Assembly: GCF_000143415.4 (NCBI RefSeq)
Contig: NW_003314276.1
Span: 391,906-455,905, forward strand
Reading direction: 5' to 3'
Source: Selaginella moellendorffii
Taxonomy: Eukaryota; Plantae; Lycopodiophyta
DNA length: 64,000 nucleotides
Both the position numbers and the translations under genes were made by a program. Shown here in pieces: positions 1 to 13,397 of the stretch (the stretch's first letter is position 1; every line of letters starts with the position of its first letter). The notes beneath the pieces were generated by a model that worked only from the letters and a program-made list of their open reading frames with translations, was not told where the DNA came from and searched no databases.

Positions 1-82
1 AATTAACAGCCAAATTGTTTTTTTCCTCGGAAGGGGGGTCCGAAGCCCAGTTCACCCGTTGAGTTGTTAGAAACGGCGAGAG

Positions 83-970
83 ACCCCCCCCCCCCCCCCC
101 CCCCCTGGAGACACACGCTTTGGGCTTTCATCCTATGACCTGTATTAGTACTCGGACTCGGTTTCAAACTCGATCTTAGACCCGACCTCGGACTCGGTCT
201 CGGACTCGATCTTAGACTCGATCTCAAACTCAACCTCGAACTCGATCTCGGACTCAACCTTAGACTCAATCTCGGACCCAATCTCGGATCTCGGACTCTA
301 TCTCGAACTTGGTCTCGAACTCGGTCTCAAAGTCGGCGTCGGACTCGATCCCGGACTTTGTCTCAAACTTAGTCTTAGAGTTGGTCTTGGACTTGATCTT
401 AGACTGATCCCATTTGATGAACTCTTTTTGGTCATGCTTTCGGGGATCCTTTAGCCTACGACACCTCAAGGAATTGGTTCCTTACAACTCCACAACCCAT
501 AGAAGAAGTTCGATGCCCACATCAAACATCTCTTTTTAATCCTACCACTTGTTGACTATGTCTCTGGGGGCATCCCCCCCCCACTTAGCGGTGTGCCTAA
601 GTTAGCCTCTCCAGCCAAAAGCCCATGACAACGGAATATAGGTGCCCCTATACCCCTCACCTCACCATGCCCTAGTATGGGGTTGGGACTTGAACCCAAC
701 CTTGCTTTACTAGGGGTTGGGACTCAAACCCAACTTCCATAGAATATGTTTACGGATTCGACATCCCCATAAGGAGTTGGGCATAGTTCCTTATGCTTGG
801 TCGATCTAGCTAACCCATGCTAATTAGCTTACCTTCAGTGCACCTTTGGGTCCCAACATATGCTATTGCTCAACTTCACAAATTGATACTTTAATTGAAC
901 TTTGCATAAGTACATAGAGTTTTGCCTTGTAGAAATTCCTCCACTAGATCTCACGCGTTCGTTACTACGT
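83..970 (-). mobile_element. Fragment of Gypsy family A: partial LTR (to 486), polypurine tract and 3' UTR
   Basis: LTR ends ...GGTTCCTTACA at 486, then ACTCCACAACCCAT (reverse-complement PPT). Closely similar to 1985-2840. Confidence 0.8.
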
Positions 971-974
971 TAGC

Positions 975-1284
975 CCTATTTTATATATAGTCATATAAAC
1001 CCATAAAGCATCTAAGAGTTTTTTATCCCAATCTTTTTTATTTTCTTTTACAATCTTTTTCAAGATATTTTTAAGCACTTTGTTAGTAGATTCAGTTTGA
1101 CCATTCACTTATGGGTAATATGGCATGGACTTTTGGTGCTTAAGGATGAATTCCTATATAAAAATTTCTATCATTTCATTAATAAAATAGGTGCCTCTAT
1201 CTGGGACGATCTCTTTAGGTAAACTGATGTTTTCATAGAGGAATTAGGCAATGTTAGCGACTGAAGCCTGTTTCATAAGCATAA
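975..1284 (-). pseudogene. Degenerate Gypsy integrase-core fragment
   Basis: Minus strand reads ...YYP.VNGQTESTNKVLKNIL...DWDKKLLDALW..., a typical integrase core. Inverted copy starts at 14291. Confidence 0.6.
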
Positions 1285-2368
1285 TGTAAGCCATAAATTT
1301 TTCCTTTCTAATTTGCCAGTTTACCTCGCTTATCCGTCCAACACTGCCTTGGTTTTAGCTAAGTTCCCTCACCAAGGTTCCCACCTATTGCACCCACTAC
1401 TACTTGGCCCTACTTGGTTTCAACTACTCACTGCACGAGCAACGCAGCGTTAGCCATCCATCCATAGATTCCCAAATCTCTCCCAATCCCCCTCCCCGGG
1501 TTAGGCTGGATTTAAGGTTCAACTACACTCCCGCAGGCACAAGCAGCCAAGCACCCCAAGCCTTTAGGTGCAACATTTGCTTCAGGATGCCAGAGTGAAA
1601 CACTGTGGCCTAATAGCACAGTATAGGTACCTCTACCCCCCACTTCCATCCCGAAGGGAAGGCTCAAGCCCTTAGGAAGGGTGAGGACCAATGAGCCACA
1701 AGGTACTCAAGTGGGGCACCACTCCACATGAGCTGGGAGCACCGCAGTCGGTTTCCCTTTCGGGAGTGGGAGATGCTCTTGAGCACTTCCTTGGGTGGCC
1801 CCTCTGGCACCACCCGAGTCCATGCTCACTCCCATCCAAGGCCCTCGGCCCCAATCTCAACCTCAAGTATGTTTGGAAGCACCACTAGAGAGTTCCTTTA
1901 GGACTGGTTTCTGGACCTTACTATCCCTACTATACTTTTGGAACCCCCTGTAGCCCCCCCCCCCCCTCCTCTTGGCCTCTTGGGAGACACACGCTTTGGG
2001 CTTTCACCCCTCAACCTATATTAGTACTTGGACTCGGTCTCGAACTCGATCTCGGACCCGACTTTAGACTTGGTCTCGGACTTGATCTCCAACTTGACTT
2101 CGGACCCGATCTCGGACTCGACCTCGGACTCAACATTGGACTCGATCTCGGATCTCAAACTCAGTCTCGAACTCAGTCTCAAACTTGGTTTCGAACTTGG
2201 TCTCAGAGTCAGCTTAGACTCGATCCCGGACTCTATCTCGAAGTCAGTCTCAGAGTCGATCTTGGACTCGATCTCAAATTTGGTCCCATCCGATGAACTC
2301 TTTATCATTTCGGTCGCACTTTCGGGTAACCTTTAGCCTACAACACCTCGGGGAGTTCGTTCCTTACA
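1285..2368 (-). repeat. Family A 3' LTR (1084 bp) with degenerate GACTCG/GTCTCG hexamer array
   Basis: TG...CA ends. Same length as, and homologous to, LTR 38692-39775. Confidence 0.85.
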
Positions 2369-2844
2369 ACTCCACCAACCATAGAAGAAGTTAAATGCCC
2401 ACATCGAACGTCTCTATTTAATCCTACAAATTGTTGACCATGTCTCTAGGGGCATCCCCCCACTTAGCGGTGTGCCTAAGTTAGCCTCCTCGGCCAAGAG
2501 CCCATGACAATGGAATATAGGTGTCCCTATACCCTCACCTCACCACGCCCTAGTATGGGGTCAGAACTTGAACCCAGCCTTGCTTTACTAGGGGGTTGGG
2601 ACTCGAACCCAACCTCCATAAAATACGTCTACGGATTCAACATCCCCGTGAGGAGTCGGGTGTAGTTCCCTATGCTTGGTTGACCTAGCTAACCCATGCT
2701 AATTAGCTTACCTTTGGCGTGCCTTCGGGTCCCAATATGTGCCATTGCTCAACTTCACAAATTGATACTTTAATTGAACTTTGCATAAGTACATAGAGTT
2801 TTACTTTGAAAAAATTCCTTCACTAGATCTCGCGTGTTCACTAT

Positions 2845-5726
2845 GTTCTCCTCCGGTTCCTATATTGCTTCATAGTGTGGAAATCCTTTCCACTTCACAT
2901 GGAACTCCCTCACCTCGCGTCCTTGTCACTTGCTCTTGCGCGCATTGAGGATGGCCTCAACTTCATATTCCTCTTGCCCTTGGATAACCTCAGGTAAGGG
3001 TCTTACTTGGTCCTTGCAAAGTGGATCCTCAAAGTACAGCTTGAATAAGTTCACATGGAACACTAGGTGCATCTTCCCCATCTCTCGAGGAAGTCGGAGA
3101 CGGTAAGCCACTTTACCGATTTGTGCCTCAATCTTGTAAGGCCCCGCGAACCTGCTTAAGGAACTCAAGATTAGTTCATTTCCAGGAATACATGTATTTT
3201 TACCTTTGGGTCAACTTCCAGCTGATCCCACTTGGTAGCCTGAGGTTATTCGTGTTCAACCACACCTTCTCCCCAGTTTGGAACTCTACATCCCGGCGCT
3301 TTTGGTTCACATACTTTGTTTGCCTTTGTTGAGCTTGTTCCAAGGAATCCTTCACTCGATTCCAAATATTGAGTCTTTCCTCCGTGAACACCTCCACCGC
3401 AGGTAACTCTCCATGATATTCGGCCACGCCAAGTTTCATAAGACCTTCAATAGCTCACCCATTGATGAATTCCCATGGACTCACCCCAATACTCGAGTGT
3501 GGTGAGTTATTATAGCACATTTCCAGAAGTCCCAAATGACTTACCCAATCTGTTGGGTCTCCCAAGACATAGTTTCGCCACACCTTTTGCATCCACTTCT
3601 GTTGTGGTGGGTATGAAATGTACCATCTTCGAAAATTGGTCCACCACCACGAATATCATATCAAACCCCTCACTTGGGGGGAGTCCTGTTATGAAGTCCA
3701 TCGTAAGACATTTTCACAGATGATTTGGAATTAGGATGCTTTGTAACAAGCCCCCACTAGCCTTAGTCACACCTTTGACCTACTGACACGTTGGACATAT
3801 GTTTACATAGTCTTGAACGTCCTTAGCCATATCTAGCTAGTGATACTTCCTCTTGAGTAAGCCCATCATCTTAGGCACTCTGCCATGACTTGCAAGAGGT
3901 CCGTCATGACACTCTTCTAAGGCTACCTTCCTTAGTTCCCCTTTTGAAACATATACCCTTGTTTATTTATAATAGATGAGTTCAATACAATCTGCATAAC
4001 TTGTTTTCTCTTCTGTTAGCAACTCACCTCTCTGGTGAGCTTCTCGCGTCTCTTGGTTCCTCAACAATACTTTTTGTGCTAGACCATCGTTCTCATATGT
4101 TGTCTGCACATCGTCTCAAAAGGTTGCTATCATGCTAGATATCACTAACTTCAAGCTTGCTTTTCAACTTAGAGCTTCTACCACGATGTTGCTCTTCCCA
4201 AGTTTATATAGAATTTCACAATCAAACTCGGCTAAAGCATTAGCCCACCGACTTTGTTTCCCTCTCAAGTCGGGCTGTGATAAAAAGTGTTTCGTTGCCA
4301 CATTGTCCGTGTAAACCTTGAAGTGTCTCCCAAGGTAGTGTCGCCACTCCTTGAGCGCCTTGACCACTGCAAACAATTCCTTCTCGTGAGCAGGCCACTT
4401 CCGTTGAGCCTTGTCCAACTTCTTCGAGAAGAACGCTACTGGATGGTTGTCTTGCTTCAAAACTACACCCAACGCAAAGTCTGAAGCATCTGTTTCTACC
4501 TCAAAGTCCTTACCAAAGTCAGGTAATGCCAACACATGTGTCTTCCTCAACTTTCCTTTGAGGTGGACAAATGCCGTCTCGCATTTTGATGTCTATACCA
4601 TCTTCCCTTTACCCGTTTGGTTTGTTAAGGGTAGGGTTATTCTCGAATAGTGTTTGATAAACTTTCGGTAGTAGTTGCATAGCCCCAAGAACGCCCTCAA
4701 CTTATGTACATTCGATGGTCGCTCCCATTCCTAGATCGCTTGGACCTTCTCAAGGTCAACCTTGAGCCTGTCTTTGCCCACCACATGTCTGAGAAACTTT
4801 ACCTCTTGTTGAGCAAAGTCACATTTACTCTCTTTAGCATACAGCTTGTGTTCCCTTAGTTTCTCAAACACCTTCGTAAAATGTTTGGCATTCTCCTCGA
4901 GCATCTCACTCTAGATCAGGATGTCATCTATATATACGACCACAAAGTGATCTAGATAGGGTACAAAGATGTGGTTCATCAGCGTTGAAAATGTTGCTGG
5001 CACATTGCACAGCCCAAAGGGTATCACTAGAAACTCAAAGCTCCCATACCTTATTCGATAGGTTGTCTTCTCGACATCTTACTCTACTACCTTGATTTGG
5101 TAGTATCCTAACCTTAGGTCAATCCTTGAGAAGTATTTTGCCTTTCCCAACCTATCGAACAAGTCTTAAATCCTTTGCAAAGGGTATTTGTTCTTCTTTG
5201 TATACTTGTTGAGCAACTGGTAGTCTATGCACATGTGTATAAATCCATCTTTCTTTTTCACAAATAACACCAGTGCCTCATATGGGGACTTGTTGAACTT
5301 AACTAGCATACCCTTTATCCATCAACTCTTCTAGTTGGCACTTGAGCTCCTTGAGTTCGTTTTCCTTCAAACAATAGCAAGGACAAACCATCGTCTTAGC
5401 ACCCTCAAGTAGCTCAATGTTATATTCTAATAGATGTTATAGATTCTAATAGGGCTAATACATGTCGCGAACAACTCTCTACCAAAGTTGCTCGTGTAAT
5501 GAGTAACTTTGAGCTAGAGACTGGATCACATACCTCAGTTTGGATTTCACCCGACGTAATGGCCATATTGGTTCTGGCCTTCTTCGTGTGGGGACATTCC
5601 TTCGAAAAGTGTCCCTCTTCACCACAGTTGTAGCATACATTGTTTCCCATGCTGCTAGTAGACTTGACCTTTTTATTCATGGGTTTGTCTCTTTTAGCTT
5701 GACTCCCCCACGTACTTGCTCACTGG
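2845..5726 (-). pseudogene. Gypsy gag-pol pseudogene (zinc knuckle, RT, RNase H, integrase, chromodomain; protease region deleted)
   Basis: ORF fragments: ETDASDFALG (RNase H), MDFITGLP (integrase), GPYKI (GPY/F), EEYEVEAIL (chromodomain); YIDD RT motif near 4925-4935. Many stops. Confidence 0.85.
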
Positions 5727-7493
5727 TGTAAGTGACTAATTTTTCCATTCTACTTTAGTCACTTAACCACACCTCCAACCACCTAGAGGAGTCTCATTCA
5801 CAACCTCCATAAGTCCAATTCAGGACTTGGGACTTGCTAGCCCCAAGAATGGCATCCATGCCACTCAACACTCGCACCTGGTCCAAGTGCTCCACGTGTC
5901 CGGTCCCAAGACCGACACCCAAAGGTACCACTGACATCTCGGCCCGTTACGCTAAGGCCATGCCCATTCACCTTTGCTGCACTAGTGGTCTAATACCACT
6001 TGCATCACCATCCCGTCTCTCCAAGACTGGGCTATCGGTCCACGAGTGGTCATCCTAGATCCACTCCTTAGCATCCTTAGGATGCCCACAGACCTGGGGA
6101 ATCGCCTTCCCCAAAGTCCCTTTGTCAATTCCTACCAAGTCCCTTTTTGCCCCTGGCCGTGTTTGCCAACACTGCCACTGGATCGAGGCCCACAGGCCCG
6201 ACCACTAAGTCCCATGGTCCTCTAGGACTTCCTCACCACACGACTGTGTCCTTGGTCACTACCCTAGAGGACTGCTCCTCTTCCTTTCCACAGTCTAGGC
6301 CTTTGGGACAACATTTCGGAACACCGTGGCCTTACGCGAGCCACCTGGGTACTCTCCCCGCCTTTCGCCTTTAGGTGCTCTAGCCATGGGCTTAGAGCGA
6401 GGTTTCGTTGAGCCACACCTGGTATCCAAGTAGGTAGTGCCACCCACACTTGGACTGGGAGCATCGGCCAGTCGATTTCCCGGGGGAACTAGAGCCGGCT
6501 CTTGAACACTTCACCAAGCTACCCCGCTTGTCGGTCCGTGTTCACTCTAGTCTTGGACTTCCCAGTGGGCATCTCATCACCCAACACTGGGTCCGGCCTT
6601 CCTGGGCCAAACTGGCCTTTCTTGGCCAAACTGGCTCCACTGCAGTCCTCCCCCTACTATACTTTTGGAGCTCACCAAACCCCCCAGGGTCTGGGAGACG
6701 AACGTTTTGGGCTTTCACCCTCTCAGGCTCCGGACTCGGACTCGGACTCGGACTCGGACTCGGACTCGGACTCGGATTCGGACTCGGACTCGGGCTCGGG
6801 CTCGGTCTCGGCCTCGGCCTTGGTCTCGGTCTCGATCCCGATCTCGGTCTCGGTCTCGGTCTCGGTCCCGGTCTCGGTCTCAACTTCGGACTCCATCTCG
6901 GACTCCATCTCGGACTCCATCTCGGGTCCATCTCGGGTCCATCTCGGACTCCATCTCGGACTCCATCCCAGGTCCATCTCGGACTCCATCTCGGACTCCA
7001 TGTCGGGTCCATCTCGGGTCCATCTCGGACTCCACTTCGGACTCCAGCTCGGGTCCATCTCGGGTCCACCTCGGACTCCATCTCGGACTCCACTTCGGAC
7101 TCCAACTCGGGTCCATCTCGGGTCCACCTCGGACTCCACTTCGGACTCCAACTCGGGTCCATCTCGGGTCCACCTCGGACTCCATCTCGGACTCCACTTC
7201 GGACTCCAACTCGGGTCCATCTCGGGTCCACCTCGGACTCCACTTCGGACTCCATCTCGGACACTCCCACGTGTCATGTGTTGGTCTTTTTGGGTCCCTT
7301 TTTGGAGCCTCGCCTTTTGCTCACTTCGTGCTCGTTCCTCGAGCACTTCGTTGGGAGTTTCACTCCCGCTCTTGACTTTTCAAGTCGGAGCTTTTGGTCC
7401 AAACGTGTTACGCTCGTTTGGCTGTTGCTTCGGCCACTACCATGTGGCGCCCTTCTGGCTCCACTTTGGGGCCTAGGGATTTTGTGTCTCACA
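5727..7493 (-). repeat. Family B 3' LTR
   Basis: Direct repeat of 11557-13311, next to the PPT. Confidence 0.92.
6731..7262. repeat. Tandem array inside LTR: (GGACTC)n, (GGTCTC)n, then 11-12-mers GGACTCCATCTC/GGGTCCATCTC
   Basis: Read directly from the sequence. Explains the stop-free repetitive ORFs in all six frames. Confidence 0.95.
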
Positions 7494-10400
7494 ACTCCAC
7501 CACCCATAGACGAAGTTCGATGTCCTCATCAAACGGTAAACCCTTTCATAAAGTAACACCCACACGTGTTACCATTTCCATCCTTGGCACCTAGCCAATC
7601 TTTGTCTATGGTTTGACATCAAAGGCTCACCATGCCTTGTCCATCCTTTAAGGAGCGTAGTCTCTCCAACTTAGAGACTGATTGGACCACATGTAATGGT
7701 TCTCCCCTTTTATTGGTTTAGTTCTCGCTAAACCTCTTAGAGACCCTTCTCTAAGTCAATCATACTACTCCTTCTCGAGTAGTCTCAATTTCCATCTATT
7801 GAATGTTTGCACCTTGGAACTTTTACTCTTTTGACTTTTTGGAAGTCAATTTTCTAGGTGTCTCCAACACCTTGCATTGCACAGATTGTGCAACTCCACT
7901 TCCCTATCCTAGGAAGTTCATTATTTGAGGGCACCATCATCTTCTCTTCTATTTCGTGCCACCTTGGGCACTAAGTTCCATTTATCATACTTTGTGCTAG
8001 GGCTGTCCATGGCCTTATCATTTGGCTACCTTACCGCTCCCTCACTTGGAGCCTTTACTTCGCCAAATTGGAGCACTTAGGAATCCGTCCTTGAAAGTCC
8101 GCTTCCTTTCCCACAAGCTGTTAGCATCGAACACATTAGTGTTCCTTGGCTAACTTTGCCATTTGGATCCCTTCCATTAAATTCCATGGCCCAAACTTTG
8201 GCCACTAGTCCTTTGCTCCTATCCTTGATTGTTGCACCCAGCAACATCGGATCGCTACCTCCATTTTTGAGGTATCCTTTCGGTTCCATAACAAAGACTC
8301 TTCTTTGCCAAGTCCGGAGGATGTTCACCCCTAGTATGTCTCTTTAGCATATTCTGCTATGGGCTCTATCCATGGCCCAACTTCGTGACCCTCTCATGGG
8401 TCTTTTATAGAGACTACTTTCCTCGGACTCACTATGCCATCGGACGGACATAGTTTATTTCCCTTAGGTGCTCTTCCCACTTGGTCATCACGACCAAGCC
8501 ACACCATCTTAAACAGTTCAATTTCAACATTTTGAACCAAGAACTTCATTCCTTAGCCAACCAAGGACCTTGTCCTTATCTGGCCATAAGATCACCTAGT
8601 GATCTCACCTTGGCACCTTAACAGAGTTGCCAAGAGGTACTTGGTCTTCTAGACCTCCAAGTTGTTGACTATAACCCCGGGGGCATCCCCCACACTTGGC
8701 GGTGCACCCAAGCTAGCCCTTACGGCCAAGGGTTCATAGCAACTGAGATTAGGTGTCCCCATCTCACTCACCATGACCTTGGTGCCACTTGCACCAAAGC
8801 GTTCAAGTTAGATATGCCGAGCTTTCACACTAAGCAATCTAACCGTGCATCACGACTCCGAGGCATCCCTCGCTTGGCGGTGTTCCCAAACCAGTCTCCC
8901 CACTGAGAGTCCATGACCACCGAAATATGAGTGTCCTCATATTCCAAACCATCACCACGCCCTAGTGATTTGGGACTCGAACCCAAGCACTAGAGGGTCG
9001 GGACTCGAACCCAACCTCCGTATATGCATCTACGGATGGCATCACACTAGATGCCTGGCGTGACTCCCCACGCCGGTGCACCAACCTATTTTTAAAGCGT
9101 GCTACAGATCATAGCTTAGGAACCTAGTTCGTCCACACTGCCAAGTCCTCTCACTTGACATGTCTGTGATCATGCATGGACTCCTCCATGCTCGGCCCCC
9201 TGGCCCACCCTTTTTGAAGATATCACCTTCAACTAGGGTCTTTGTTCCCCCGACGTGCCAATCTCACTTGGCAAGTCCTCCGACCATTGTAACATGGTTC
9301 CTGCATAAGCGTGAAAGTCCTTGACCATCGACTTTCGTTCAAAGCCCTCTCTTTGAACACTTGGGAACTACTTCCCTAACCTTGATAACCTTGCCTCATG
9401 GCAAGCTTCAAGACCACGCTTCTGCTGCGCCACTCTGATTTCGCGCGTTCCATGAACCATTTACACTTGGCCTTTTTAGGTACTACGCTACCTAGAATCG
9501 TCTTTGGGAACCTTGAAGGAACTCTGTCCCTCAGCTTGCTAAGGCCTCCCCTTTCGCAAGCTTTATAGTTGCCATATAGTCTAACATGGACAATTCCATA
9601 TTTTAGACTCTCCATGGCATCACGGTTTCTAGCAACAACATCCTCGAGCACCCTCTTGATTCCCCAATCCCAACTTTCATAACCACTGTTGGATATGCCC
9701 TTTGATTTCTATGGTTCAGTTCCATCCCAACACTACTTGCCTTTGGCTTCACACCTTTCCTTCGGTCATTCTCCTCCAGACCAGGAGGATAGCTTTGCAC
9801 TTTCTATCATGCCTTAGCAAGTATTCTTAGGGATGAACCTACCCAATAGCCCAGGGAGTGGTTCCTCAATCCGGGTATGCTCAGCTTATAATCCCACACA
9901 CTGGGGTTACATTGTTGCTTATGGGCCTTTACATGCCCATCACTAGCCTTGCCAAAATTCCATTTTTGGCTTTGTCCAACTTGGGTAGACAGTCCTCTCC
10001 TATCTCCGCAACCTTGGACATTTGGATAGCACCTTCTATCCATCATTCGCTAGGGACTTAGTCCCTTGGGCTTTATCCATTGCCCTCGCGACATCAAACA
10101 CCACCTTCTGGTGTTCTAGAGTGTTCGGGTGTCCCAATGATGGCTTTCTTGACATTGAGTATTTCCTTTTATGATATTGACTTACTATATCGCAACATAA
10201 GCAACTTATCCCCCGTAAGGGTATATCCGACTTCCCTATACTAGAAGTCTTGGGTAGCTACCTTCTACCCGTTTAACCAGTTATTTTGCACCTCTTGCTT
10301 AGTTGCCTCATAGTTGTCAAGTCCTACAACTCATTGCTTGGTGCTTTCACACCTCCATCACTATCTGGGTCACCACACTCCAACTGCATGCTCTGCAGCT

Positions 10401-11556
10401 TAGGCTATGCCATTCCCATTTCCATTGGGATTCCTTTGGCAAGGGGTTCTCATGAACCCACCAACATAGCCTCAAGGTATCACACCTTGGCACATTTAGT
10501 GTCTCCACACCATCGGCTCCACGAGCCTACCTCTATGACATTTCCCTTCGTGTCTAAGTCTTTGCCAAGACCAACACCGCTCTTTCTCATGCCAACCATC
10601 TGTTAGCACTGCCCCATAGAGGTCACACACAACTTTATGTCAAAGTTGTTTTCTTCTGGGAACACCTTTCCTATAACTTTAGCATGGCACATTTTGCCAT
10701 CGATGAGATACTCTCTGTTCTCATCCTTGGATCCTATGATCCCCCCCCCATCCTTTGTGGGGTACAACGCACCTCAGTCCAAATGCTTCATTCAGTCCTT
10801 TTTAGGACCATCCCTTGACTCTACTTGAGTCGTCTAGCAGTTTTGGACTTGGTTAATCCACCGACCCGTAAGGTCCTACTTGTGAGGCACTAGCTCACTG
10901 GAATACACATCTTGCATTCCGGTCCTACTCAAAAGGACTATTTTCACAAGTGTTACTCCGACACTTGATTTTGTTCTCTGGGGGCAACCTTTGCCCCTTA
11001 GGACTACTTGTCCATATGATGAGAATACCAACTCATCCACTTAATACACCCCCAACTCCTTGGGTTGTTCCAGCATTTATTAGAGGTAGCCCCGGCTACC
11101 ATTTCAAGGACTTGAGTCCTCTTCCGTATTTGACCTTCCACGGTCATTACTTTTGGTCTCACATTCATGAGCACCAACCTCAACTATATGAGGATAATCT
11201 TGTGACTCCTTTATTGTTTTGGAGTCTCTATCTTTCCCGTGATCCCAACTTTAGTTGTTTACCACAACAACCTAAGCCAATTTGCTGAGACAAATGCTCA
11301 TCCGGATCACATCCTCAACTCAATGAGGAAAACCTTGCACTATTCCCATGATCCCAAAGTCGTTCCATTATTGGCCCTTTTCTATCCACCACCTCGTCTA
11401 CAAGTTCACACATGAACTGTAATGGAGAGCCATGTCTTCCAGACTTGCTACTCCTCAAGGATAGGCCCACTCCTCGGACCTTCCGATGCCAACACTAGTG
11501 GTGATATACTTGAGCACCAATAAAAGTCGGACTAAGGAACAGCTCCGATACCAAAT

Positions 11557-13311
11557 TGTAAGCGACTAATTTTTCCATTCTACTTTAGTCACTTAACCAC
11601 ACCTCCAACCACCTAGAGGAGTCTCATTCACAACCTCCATAAGTCCAATTCAGGACTTGGGACTTGCTAGCCCCAAGAATGGCATCCATGCCACTCAACA
11701 CTCGCACCTGGTCCAAGTGCTCCACGTGTCCGGTCCCAAGACCGACACCCAAAGGTACCACTGACATCTCGGCCCGTTACGCTAAGGCCATGCCCATTCA
11801 CCTTTGCTGCACTAGTGGTCCAATACCACTTGCATCACCATCCCGTCTCTCCAAGACTGGGCTATCGGTCCACGAGTGGTCATCCTAGATCCACTCCTTA
11901 GCATCCTTAGGATGCCCACAGACCTGGGGAATCGCCTTCCCCAAAGTCCCTTTGTCAATTCCTACCAAGTCCCTTTTTGCCCCTGGCCGTGTTTGCCAAC
12001 ACTGCCACTGGATCGAGGCCCACAGGCCCGACCACTAAGTCCCATGGTCCTCTAGGACTTCCTCACCACACGACTGTGTCCTTGGTCACTACCCCAGAGG
12101 ACTGCTCCTCTTCCTTTCCACAGTCTAGGCCTTTGGGACAACATTTCGGAACACCGTGGCCTTACGCGAGCCACCTGGGTACTCTCCCCGCCTTTCACCT
12201 TTAGGTGCTCTAGCCATGGGCTTAGAGCGAGGTTCCGTTGAGCCACACCTGGTATCCAAGTAGGTAGTGCCACCCACACTTGGACTGGGAGCATCGGCCA
12301 GTCGATCTCCCAGGGGAACTAGAGCCGGCTCTTGAACACTTCACCAAGCTACCCCGCTTGTCGGTCCGTGTTCACTCTAGTCTTGGACTTCCCAGTGGGC
12401 ATCTCATCACCCAACACTGGGTCCGGCCTTCCTGGGCCAAACTGGCCTTTCCTGGCCAAACTGGCTCCACTGCAGTTCTCCCCCTACTATACTTTTGGAG
12501 CTCACCAAACCCCCCAGGGTCTGGGAGACGAAAGCTTTGGGCTTTCACCCTCTCAGGCTCCGGACTCGGACTCGGACTCGGACTCGGACTCGGATTCGGA
12601 CTCGGACTCGGGCTCGGGCTCGGTCTCGGCCTCGGCCTCGGTCTCGGTCTCGGTCCCGATCTTGGTCTCGGTCTCGGTCTCGGTCCCGGTCTCGGTCTCG
12701 ACTTCGGACTCCATCTCGGACTCCATCTCGGGTCCATCTCGGGTCCATCTCGGACTCCATCTCGGACTCCATCTCGGACTCCATCTCGGGTCCATCTCGG
12801 ACTCCATCTCGGACTCCATGTTGGGTCCATCTCGGGTCCATCTCGGACTCCACTTCGGACTCCAGCTCGGGTCCATCTCGGGTCCACCTCGGACTCCATC
12901 TCGGACTCCACTTCGGACTCCAACTCGGGTCCATCTCGGGTCCACCTCAGACTCCACTTCGGACTCCAGCTCGGGTCCATCTCGGGTCCACCTCGGACTC
13001 CATCTCGGACTCCACTTCGGACTCCAACTCGGGTCCATCTCGGGTCCACCTCGGACTCCACTTTGGACTCCATCTCGGACACTCCCACGTGTCATGTGTT
13101 GGTCCTTTTGGGTCCCTTTTTGGAGCCTCGCCTTTTGCTCACTTCGTGCTCGTTCCTCGAGCACTTCGTTGGGAGTTTCACTCCCGCTCTTGACTTTTCA
13201 AGTCGGAGCTTTTGGTCCAAACGTGTTACGCTCGTTTGGCTGTCGCTTCGGCCACTACCATGTGGCGCCCTTCTGGCTCCACTTTGGGGCCTAGGGATTT
13301 TGTGTCTCACA
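11557..13311 (-). repeat. Family B 5' LTR (array at about 12561-13080)
   Basis: Direct repeat of 5727-7493, next to the PBS. Confidence 0.92.
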
Positions 13312-13397
13312 ACTGGCCACCGGATCTGCTTTTTCAGAACCCCGAGGACTCATTCTTAGAGAAACTCTTCTTGAATTTCCCTTAATTAATATATTTC

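Larger units (their letters stand above)
5727..13311 (-). mobile_element. Full-length non-coding LTR retroelement (LARD-like, family B)
   Basis: Near-identical LTRs 5727-7493 and 11557-13311 (TG...CA). 5-bp TSD ACTGG at 5722-5726 and 13312-13316. tRNA-iMet PBS (TGGTATCGGAGC, minus strand) at 11542-11553. PPT at 7494. The 4-kb interior has no recognisable gag/pol. Confidence 0.92.
1285..13385 (-). mobile_element. Decayed Ty3/Gypsy chromovirus (family A), 5'-truncated and interrupted by the 5727-13311 insertion
   Basis: 3' LTR 1285-2368 (TGTA...TACA), PPT at 2369, decayed pol, gag zinc knuckle CYNCGEEGHFSKEC. Gag sequence resumes after 13311 exactly as in the paralog near 38005. Confidence 0.85.

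Noticed and set aside
5848-5868. ATGGCATCCATGCCACT in family B LTRs resembling the 22-bp palindrome
   Set aside because: The spacer is much shorter and the arms are incomplete; probably coincidental.
6450-7556. Long overlapping ORFs in all six frames (also 12280-13359), with SD/RT/GL repeats
   Set aside because: They arise from stop-free hexamer and 12-mer arrays inside LTRs; there is no protein signature.
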